Of a stretch of 64,000 bases of DNA, positions 1-9,600 are shown in pieces. Under the pieces are notes generated by a model, which was not told the DNA's origin, did not search any database, and was given only the letters and a program-made list of their open reading frames with translations. Within the stretch, counting starts at the first letter, position 1. The number at the start of each line of letters is the position of its first letter. This DNA comes from Paludibacteraceae bacterium (GTDB taxonomy: Bacteria > Bacteroidota > Bacteroidia > Bacteroidales > Paludibacteraceae): assembly GCA_045642085.1 (NCBI GenBank), contig JAZUIF010000107.1:267-64266 (forward strand), written 5' to 3'. Both the position numbers and the translations under genes were made by a program.

Positions 1-311
1 ACCAATTATTTTTCGAAAATATTCATAAAACGCTGATTCTGCGGAAAATAAATTTTAAGGATTTTTAACGGAAATTCATGCTAAACCATGTAGAGACGCT
101 CGGACGTGCGTGTGGCTTATGGTCGGAGACACGAATTTTTCATGAATTATTGTTGGGGGAACGTAAAATTTGCGGAAAATGGATCGAAAATTTATTTCCG
201 AACACGAATTATCATGAATTCACCACGGATTATCCAACAATTGGAGGTATCGAGTCAACGTCAACGTTATCGTTATCGTCAACTTTTTTTAACGTGGCTA
301 TAAAAACAAAA

Positions 312-336
312 AGAGACGAGGTGTTTCCCCGTCTCT
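312..336 (-). terminator. Hairpin AGAGACGAGG-N5-CCCCGTCTCT just downstream of the metG stop; member of the GTAGAGACG hairpin family
   Basis: 10-bp stem with one mismatch, flanked by A and T runs on both sides. Confidence 0.5.
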
Positions 337-356
337 AAAAATATTACAGATAATGT

Positions 357-2450
357 TTATCCTACCTCACAACCATTAGCAACTTCTTTGCTTGGAGAAA
401 TAACCACAAGCTTTCCGTCGCTATTAACAGCTGACATAATCATTCCCTGGCTCTCGATTCCCATCATCTTCCTTGGCTTGAAGTTTGCCACAAAACATAC
501 CTGTTTGCCTACTAGCTCTGCTGGGTTAGGATAACTCTTTGCGATACCAGAAAGGATTGTGCGACCGCCCATACCGTCGTCGATCTTAAACTGAAGCAAT
601 TTATCTGACTTAGGCACATTAGTACACTCCAAGATCTTGCCAACGCGGATGTCAAGCTTCTCAAAGCCTTCGAAATCGGCGTACTCCTTCACTGGTTCTG
701 GCTTCCACGACTCTGCCTTTAGCTTAGCCTCTGCCTCAGCAGCTGCTGCCTCGTTCTGAGCCTTGATACCCTGTAGTCTCTTGACCTGTGCATCTACAAA
801 TGCGTCCTCAATCTTCTCAAACAACAATTCTGCCTTGCCCAACTCTGCTCCTACAGCAAGCAAATCTGTCTTTCCTAACTGATTCCACTCGAATGTCTGC
901 ATGTTAAGCATCTTACGTAGCTTCTCTGATGAGAATGGCAAGAATGGTTCGAACGCGATTGCCAAGTTAGCGGCAATCTGCAATGCGATATGTAGGATCG
1001 ACGCTGTACGATCCATATCTGTCTTAGCAAGCTTCCATGGCTCTGTCTCTGCCAAATACTTGTTACCGATACGTGCCAAATTCATTGCCTCTTTCTGTGC
1101 ATCACGGAACTTGAAGTTGTCAAGCAACTGCTCAAGTTTAGCTTTTACATCAGCAAACTCCTTCAATGTCTCCTTATCATAGTCTGTCAACTCCTTAAGA
1201 GCTGGCACCTTTCCATCGAAATATTTAGATGTAAGCACCAAAGCACGGTTGATGAAATTACCATAGATTGCAACAAGCTCATTGTTGTTGCGTGCCTGGT
1301 AGTCTTTCCATGTGAAGTCGTTATCCTTTGTCTCAGGAGCGTTGGCTGTCAACACATAACGAAGAACATCCTGCTTTCCTGGGAAGTCAACCAAATACTC
1401 ATTCAACCATACAGCCCAGTTGCGCGATGTAGAGATCTTGTCGCCTTCAAGGTTCAAGAACTCATTACTTGGCACGTTGTCTGGAAGGATGTAGCTACCC
1501 TCTGCCTTTAGCATTGCTGGGAAGACAATACAGTGGAACACGATATTATCCTTACCGATGAAGTGAATCAAACGAGTGTCCTCGTCCTTCCACCACTTCT
1601 CCCAATTGCCATATTTCTCTGGGTTAGCGTCACACATCTCCTTTGTGTTGCTGATATATCCGATTGGAGCATCAAACCATACATAAAGCACTTTGCCTTC
1701 TGCTCCCTCTACTGGAACTGGAATACCCCACTCCAAGTCACGAGTCACAGCACGTGGCTGAAGATCCATATCCAACCAACTCTTACACTGTCCATATACA
1801 TTTGGACGCCACTCTTTGTGATCCTCCAAAATCCACTTCTTCAACCAATCCTGATGCTGGTTCAAAGGCAAGAACCAATGCTTTGTAGGACGCTTCACTG
1901 GTTTAGATCCTGAAAGCTTACTTACTGGATTGATCAGCTCCTCTGGCGATAGTGTGCTACCACACTTCTCACACTGGTCTCCGTAAGCTCCCTGTGCGTG
2001 GCAACGTGGGCACTCACCTACGATATAACGGTCTGCCAAGAATGTCTTAGCCTCCTCGTCGTAGTACTGCTCACTTGTCTGCTCTACAAACTTGTTGTTG
2101 TCGTACAATGTCTTGAAGAAATCAGAAGCCAACTTATGGTGTGTCTTTGATGTTGTTCTTGAATAAACATCGAAAGAAATTCCAAACTCCTTAAATGAAT
2201 CCTTGATAATCTTATGATAACGGTCTACAACATCTTGTGGAGTGATTCCCTCTTTTCTTGCACGGATTGTTACTGGTACTCCGTGCTCATCAGAACCTCC
2301 GATGAAAATCACATCCTCGCCCTTCAAACGAAGATAGCGAACGTAGATATCTGCAGGCACATATACTCCTGCAAGGTGACCTATATGCACTGGTCCATTT
2401 GCATATGGAAGTGCAGAAGTTACGGTCGTTCTTTTGAACTTCTTATCCAT
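357..2450 (-). CDS. metG: Methionyl-tRNA synthetase
   Basis: 697 aa; HIGH-type motif PVHIGHLAG, zinc knuckle CPRC..CEKCG, KMSKS-like KISTS, C-terminal tRNA-binding (Trbp111/EMAP-like) domain. Confidence 0.97.
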   Translation of the reverse strand: MDKKFKRTTVTSALPYANGPVHIGHLAGVYVPADIYVRYLRLKGEDVIFIGGSDEHGVPVTIRARKEGITPQDVVDRYHKIIKDSFKEFGISFDVYSRTTSKTHHKLASDFFKTLYDNNKFVEQTSEQYYDEEAKTFLADRYIVGECPRCHAQGAYGDQCEKCGSTLSPEELINPVSKLSGSKPVKRPTKHWFLPLNQHQDWLKKWILEDHKEWRPNVYGQCKSWLDMDLQPRAVTRDLEWGIPVPVEGAEGKVLYVWFDAPIGYISNTKEMCDANPEKYGNWEKWWKDEDTRLIHFIGKDNIVFHCIVFPAMLKAEGSYILPDNVPSNEFLNLEGDKISTSRNWAVWLNEYLVDFPGKQDVLRYVLTANAPETKDNDFTWKDYQARNNNELVAIYGNFINRALVLTSKYFDGKVPALKELTDYDKETLKEFADVKAKLEQLLDNFKFRDAQKEAMNLARIGNKYLAETEPWKLAKTDMDRTASILHIALQIAANLAIAFEPFLPFSSEKLRKMLNMQTFEWNQLGKTDLLAVGAELGKAELLFEKIEDAFVDAQVKRLQGIKAQNEAAAAEAEAKLKAESWKPEPVKEYADFEGFEKLDIRVGKILECTNVPKSDKLLQFKIDDGMGGRTILSGIAKSYPNPAELVGKQVCFVANFKPRKMMGIESQGMIMSAVNSDGKLVVISPSKEVANGCEVG

Positions 2451-2536
2451 TATATCTTAATTTTTTCTTTTGTTTCTTAATTGGAATTTATTGAGACGCG
2501 GCACGACACATCTCTACGATTCATCATAGCCACGTA

Positions 2537-3589
2537 TTAGTCGACATACTTCAATGAAGCATTTGTAGCGTCGACAGTCAATCTGACTTTTCTGCCCAAG
2601 CAAAGTGCATTGTTAGGCTGATTATGACCTACTTGTACTCCATACATGATTGGAATATCCTGATCAGCAAACTTGCTTGCAATAATCTCCTCAACACTCT
2701 TATCCGAGCCTTGTGTCATATTGATGAACTGGCCGACAACAACGCCGACAATATTATCAAGCTTTCCACTCAACTTTAGCTGAGTCAACATTCTATCCAA
2801 AGAGTAATTGCTCTCACCAGTATCTTCAATGAAAAGTATCGCCTGCTTAGTGTTCAAGTCGTAGGCTGTACCACCAAGGCTATAGATTAGAGAAAGGTTA
2901 CCGCCGACAAGTCGACCTTCAGCGACACCCTCTTTGCAGTTCTTATTTGTGGAAATTTGTAAACCTTCAGCCTCACCAAACAAAGCCTTACGAAGACTCT
3001 CAGCTGTAGTGGCATTAGAAAGGTTCTGTGCCATACCGCCATGGATTGTCTCAACTCCAAGGTTATTGACAGCCGCATGAAGAGCAGTCACGTCGCTATA
3101 ACCTACAATCCATTTAGGTCGTTCAGTCAAAGCTTCCAAATCTATGAAAGGAAGAGTCATCGCAGCGCCATAGCCACCACGTGCGGCAATGAGAGCTTTG
3201 ATTGTGGGATTATCAATCAACTTCTGAGTACCATCGACTCTCTCCGCCAAAGTGCCGGCATATCTGCCGTCTACCTTATAAAGATTATCAGCCTCAACCA
3301 CATTCAAACCCCAGCTTTTGAGAGTGGCTATTCCAGCCGACATCTCACTCTGTGTTACGGCATTCGACAAAGCAAATACGGCTACAGTGTCGCCCTTTTT
3401 CAAAAAAGGTGCTCGTATATCCTCTGTAATCTCCTTCTGGTTGGAAAGGACTGTCGAGTAATACTCTTTATTATAGATATTAGTATATTCGTTTGTGATA
3501 TATTCATTAGTGATATCATCACCACATGAGGACATCATCACCATGCCTCCACATGCGGCAAATAATGTTGACAAAAATCTCATAGTCAA
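2537..3589 (-). CDS. LD-carboxypeptidase (peptidase S66), lipoprotein-type signal
   Basis: Signal with SSCGDD; S66 motifs GYSDVTALH (Ser), IEDTGE (Glu), VGHN (His). Confidence 0.85.
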   Translation of the reverse strand: MTMRFLSTLFAACGGMVMMSSCGDDITNEYITNEYTNIYNKEYYSTVLSNQKEITEDIRAPFLKKGDTVAVFALSNAVTQSEMSAGIATLKSWGLNVVEADNLYKVDGRYAGTLAERVDGTQKLIDNPTIKALIAARGGYGAAMTLPFIDLEALTERPKWIVGYSDVTALHAAVNNLGVETIHGGMAQNLSNATTAESLRKALFGEAEGLQISTNKNCKEGVAEGRLVGGNLSLIYSLGGTAYDLNTKQAILFIEDTGESNYSLDRMLTQLKLSGKLDNIVGVVVGQFINMTQGSDKSVEEIIASKFADQDIPIMYGVQVGHNQPNNALCLGRKVRLTVDATNASLKYVD

Positions 3590-3609
3590 AACAAATTTAA
3601 TTCAGTCTA

Positions 3610-3617
3610 CAAAGGTA
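3610..3617 (-). promoter_or_regulatory. Bacteroidota -7 box TACCTTTG upstream of the LD-carboxypeptidase gene
   Basis: Matches TAnnTTTG, about 21 nt upstream of the ATG at 3589. Confidence 0.4.
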
Positions 3618-3640
3618 CTATTTTTTAGGAGATTATTCCA

Positions 3641-3673
3641 AAAAAAACGGTCTGCTTTCACAGACCGTTTTTA
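3641..3673 (-). terminator. Intrinsic terminator after the giant GH8 gene (bidirectional shape)
   Basis: ACGGTCTG-N6-CAGACCGT stem flanked by an A run and a T run. Confidence 0.7.
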
Positions 3674-3691
3674 TCAGTTAATCCTTAATCA

Positions 3692-6600
3692 TTATTCATT
3701 GATCAAAGTAAAGTGTCCGACATACTTCTTTCGGATCTCTTCAATCCAAATCTCATACCAGTAGTCGGTAGACGGCATCTTATGACCAAGATACATACCA
3801 TCCCACGACTCATCTCCCTTAATTTCGGTAAGTTTCTTACCATAACGGTCGAAGATAGTCACTCTTGCGTCAGGATAAGCCTCAGAAATCACCTGTGAGA
3901 TAAAGGCATCGTTCTTACCATCTCCGTTAGGTGTGATCACAGTTGGGATTTCAAAGTCTGGAGCCTCAGTTTCAAACTCATACTCACTCATACATCCATT
4001 GTTGTCTTTAATGACTACAACGTGATGACCATACTTAACATATACCACTTCTTCAGATGAGAAATCCTCTACGTCGACTTTATACACATAAGGAGCATCT
4101 CCATAAGAATTGTTTGGAATAATCTCAACATGATGGTAGTCGACATTAACGACTGTATCAACAAGCGGAGTTCCTGCAACAACAATCTCAATATCATCTG
4201 TTTCTGGACGACAAGCCTCAGAAGTCAATGTGACGGTATACTTATATATTCCTACCTCCTTCTCATTAAACTTCAAGACACTACTTGTAGATACAACCGA
4301 ATCCTTATTAGTATCTTTCCACTCATATTCTAAGACATCACCTTCCACAATCTTCAATCCGAATCTCAAGTTTCCGATATTGTTTACACAAACTGTTGTA
4401 TCATTACCATTGATACTAAAATCAATAGGCTTAACAACCTTAACGGAAATATTCTCCACAATCTTACATCCACCGTTTTGGCTGATTGTTAACGTATATG
4501 TCTCATCATTCTCTGGAGTGACAACAGCAGTATTACCAGTGCTTAGCAATGTTGGATTTGATGTCCATTCTACACTAGCAGTTGGAGGGGCTAGAGTCTC
4601 CAAACCAATCTCTTCTGAGTTTCCTACACACACTGGATCAACATCTTTGATTGTGTATGTCGGACGAGGAAGGACTTCAACTGTACCAAATACTCCAGAC
4701 TTTTTACATCCATTTAGTTCAGCTTCATAAGTATACTCACCTTGTGCATCAGATTTGACCTTCTTCAAGACTAGAGAAGTACTTGTCTCCACTACGTCGC
4801 CATCCTTCTTCCAAACAACGACAGGAGAACCAGTTCCGGCAGTAATATCCGAAACAAGAGTTACAGTCTCACCTTCACATAATGTATAGTCAGAAACAAC
4901 AGTGTTATCCTCAATAATAGTAGGGATGATTTCAACTGCAAATCCAGTCTCACATCCATTAACATCCTTATATTTCAAATTGTAAACACCACTGTTCTTT
5001 ACAATAGTATTATTGGCAGTTCCTTCTGGATCATCCCATACGAAGTCTGTTCCAGCAACATTTGCCACCACAGTGACATCGCCACCACAACTGTGGAATT
5101 TAGCACCGTCAGAAGAAGCTGTTTCCTTTACATCTGGTTTGTCAGATCCAGCCTCTGAAATCTCTATGACACCATCGATCTTACCATTAGTGATACCTAC
5201 CTTTTTCTCGAATGTCTTTGTACATATGCCATCAGAAAGAGTGACAGTGAAAATTGTCTCCTCAGTGATTGGATCACTAAGGAATTTACCATCTTCAGTA
5301 GCATTGTTATTTTTGTTCCAAACGTAAGTTAAAGTAGAATCTCCAAGAATCTCACCTGTAGTTGAGACACTAAGTTCAGCTGCCGAGTTAGGACAAATAG
5401 CATAGTCTCCCTCTGGCTCGATCTTAACTGCACCTAAATCGTGAATCTCAATTGACACATTCTCTTTAGCAGATAGACACTCTTTTTCATCTCCGTCAAC
5501 TGTATTTTTATAAACGAAATAACCTGCAATCTGCAAGTCGGGACGAGAAACCGAAATACTAACCAAATCCATCTGTATATTAGCTACGTAGAAATATGTT
5601 TTTTCTACATGTTTGCTGGCATCACGATCCCACAAATCGACAGTATTGACTGGTTCGACGCACGACGTAGTATTTTTTGCTTTAATCTTCGGTCTTGCAT
5701 AAACAATCACCTTAAGTGGAACAGCAGCACTTGTTCCTTCACTATTACGTTGAGCCACGAAATATTCCCTAGGAGTCTCAGATTTACCAGGGTCCGCAGT
5801 TGTGTTAATAATTGGTTTCTCATTATTAAGTGTTGGCATTCCTCCTCTCAATGGATCACCATCGTACCATACAGGCTCATATCCAGCATCGAATGTAATA
5901 TAATTCTCGATTGGTTCAGGAGTCTCTCCATCACAGAAATATACATTCTCTGGTTTAGGAGTTGGAGTTTTAGTGATATTCACAATCACATCCTCAAAAC
6001 CACTCTTACATCCATTTCTAACCTGTTTAACCTTGTATTTAAGTGGTGTAACCTCACTATTAGAATCTACCATATCCATAGTAGGAGAAGGTGCAACCGT
6101 ACCATCACCTATAAGCTCTCCATCGGCAGTGTACCATTCAAGAGTACTTCTATTATCAGTTGGCACAACGGCAGTTGGATCCTTATCTGTCAAAGAAGGG
6201 AACACATTACCTACTGCATCAGACAACGTGTACATAATAGAATGTGCCGGTTTAGCACTCGGAACCAAAGTGACACTGACACTATAATCAACTTTAGGAC
6301 CAATACATTGATGATTTTCTGAAATCTTATAAACCGGTTCTACCTCATAATAATAAACATCTTGAGACTCCGTATCTGGCTTCAAGTTTGTTATTGGTGT
6401 GCCCTCTCGGTACCAATTGTAAGAAGTAGGAGTCTTGCATGTTGGGCAAGCTTCGGTATCAATTTCAGCCTTTAATTCAGATGCGTCATCTCCAGCACAA
6501 TAAGATTTCGAAACATCTTCTTTTAGTTTAGCGACATCGACAGTAGTGATAGAGAAAGAAATCTTCTCACTGAGTGTCTCACCCTTCTTTTGAGCCACAG

Positions 6601-9600
6601 TGAATTCTTTACTTCCAGACTCAGTCGACGAATATGTACCTGGATCGGAAGTTTCATTTCCCTCTTCATCAAACCACACTAATGTATTACCTTCCTCAAT
6701 CTTAACAAGAGAAGCAACTTCAATCTCTTCACCCACACAGATTGTAGTATCATTGATATCTGGTTTCTGACTATCAGTAATAATCACTGAGACTTTAGCA
6801 AGAATACTCATACAACCAGCAGGCGATTTCTCACGTACAAAGAAATCTTGTGGTCCTTCCACGCTTAAATCCGCACGACGGTCAGATGGATCTAAAGCAT
6901 TTACATTGTTTAGAGCATCCTCTTCTGTTTTAAACCATACCACACTACCTCCACTTGAAGGAATAGCCATGCTTGAGATATCCTTAGTCACACCATCCTT
7001 AAGAGGAAGTTCTTGTATGTCTTCCACAATAGGAGGCAATGGAATTTCATTAATCGTCACATTCCATTCCTTCTTTTCTCCCTTACATCCATTTACATCC
7101 GTAAACTCATAGAAGTATTTAGTATTGACAACATCTGAAGAAATCTCACCGGCTTCGATTGGCTCCATAATATTATCATACCATTTAATAGTATAATCGT
7201 CGTCGGTATATTTACTTAAATCAAGAGATTCATCCTCACAGATAATAGCTTTTTCCGTAAGCTCTGCAGTTGGCAAGGCATTGACCTTCAAAGTAACCGT
7301 ATTCGAAGGCTTGTCACTTGCGATAGGACATTCTGGATCCGAGATTAACACCTTATATGTTCCAGCTTTCTTCACAATCAATGTGTCGACAGAAGAAAGT
7401 TCTCCTAACTTCTCATTATCTAAGAAGAACTGATATTTGTAATTCCTGCTTAGAGGAGTACCGACAGCGACTAGCACAGCAGTGTCTCCGTCGCATATAG
7501 TATTAACTATTTCTCCATCTCTAAATTTAAGCTCTGCTTTCTGCACGCCCTCACAATCCTCGCTGACACATTTGCTTACAGCATCATCCTCTATCGTACC
7601 ATCCTTATGTCCAAGCAAATGTACATATGCATAATTGATAACCAACTCATCACAATTTTCTACCATTCCTTTCCATGTGACCTTATACTTTGTTCCGAAT
7701 GGAATTGGATTATCGATTCCTTGTTCAAATTCCCAAACAATAGAATCACCAAGAAGTTCTCCTCCCTCGTCTGCCGAAATGAATTTGATTTCTTCAGGTT
7801 TTCTGTCGATAATTCTTAAATCATAAGCGTAATCGGTGTGGACATGAATGTTTGTGAATTTATGAGTACCATATGAATCCTGTCCCTCCATTGATCCATT
7901 CTTGAATCCAAAGTAGCCTTCTCCATCTGCTAAACCTGTTACACTATAGTTATAACCAGATGTAGTATCTTTATTTACCCACATACGTAACACGTCGGAA
8001 TTCAAATCCAAAATCACAGAAATTGGTTCGGTAGATCCCTTGAACAAGACTTCTTCCATTGGTTGTTTGACTGTAGATCCCTGATAAGTAGTGACCATCA
8101 AGACACGCTGAGACAAGTCAGGTTTGATTTGCATAGAAATTGGATTTGCAGAACCTTGACGCAACAATATCTGGAATGTTGCATAAGTAGCTGGATTCAA
8201 ATCCATTTTGATATGAAAGTTCTTACCTTTTGAATATTTATACTTGGCAGTACCTGTTTGATTTGAGACTGTAGTGACATTTCCATCGCTAATTGAGAAA
8301 GCATTCAAATCCCAATCAGAAGATTTTGACTCTGCATTCTCAAAAATGGCACCATGAGTCTGTTCGTAATTAAGTGTGTACTCTACCACATCTTCTTTCT
8401 GAACTTTCTCTTTATCTACTGTCTTCTCAAGAGTCGACTTTATCCTAGGTTCAGGCACTTTAGAACATGTCACAGTTATTGTGTCTGCACCGTAAATCTT
8501 CGACTCTTTATCTCCCCAGATCCATGCCCTATTTATGATATCCTCATCATCAGATTTACACTCTGCACCTGAAGGGAAAGTGATGTTTGCATTGTATGTG
8601 ATAGTACCCTTCTGTTTAATCATCATACGATTAATTGTCCATACTACAACATCACGTCCATCTGATGTTTTCTCTGTTTTCCAAGATCCACCAAACTCTT
8701 CCAACGGACATGCTCCAACAAACTCAAGGAACTCCATACCTTTTGGTAATGTGTCTCTCAATACTACGTTGTAAACATCACGACCTGGCATTGGACCATT
8801 ACCCAAAACTCTTCTCCAAGTGTATCCGTCCCACTCCTCAACAAGGATTCTATCACAGTATTTTTCTGGAGTACCACATGAATGACGGTCCCAACTTGTT
8901 ATCGGTTGATCTAGATTGTTTGGATCTGTGTTGTCATAAATAATTGGATAATGCAAGTCATTCTGTTTTGAACTTGCCCACTCGTCGCTATAACTCCAGT
9001 CATCCGTAAGATCAAACATTTTTCCTCCCTGAGAACATGCCATACGCATGTTCAACAATAGAGTAGCGCCTCCTCCCTCATGGACATGCAAACCATCTCC
9101 TTTATCTGAACTAGCATATTGTTGCAAATGTTGAGAAACTGTTGCTAACTGGTCAGCAAACTGAACAATAATACGCTGATTGTACTTTTTACCAGGACGT
9201 TCAGGATCCTCACCTTCCACCGTAGTTTCATGAGTGATTTTCAACGCCTCTTTCAAACCTCCTTGATAAAAGTCGCACGCCATAGCCCAGCCTACGTCAC
9301 AACCATTAGTACCTGAGAAGCAAATAAGGCTTGGATCATACATATAATATGAAACTCTATAGTTTCCATAATTGATATATGCTTCATCTGCATCGTTGAA
9401 CAAACGATAAAAAGACACTATCTGGTCAGTCGCCTCTGGGTTTGCCACAGGCAAATGTCCATAAGAAAGTCTTACGCCTGGACGACCACCATTAATCCAT
9501 CCTGCTTCTGCTGAATTCTCAAAATTGATCTTAAATTGAGCAATGTTGTCGGGATTGATCTTATCTCTATTTGCTTTCTTATCGATTTTTAATGCACGTG

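Noticed and set aside
78-338. ORFs 78..338 and 106..303 at the window start, and 19247..19594 and 26268..26513 in other gaps
   Set aside because: They run across palindromic repeat elements and terminators and match no family. They probably lie in non-coding intergenic DNA.
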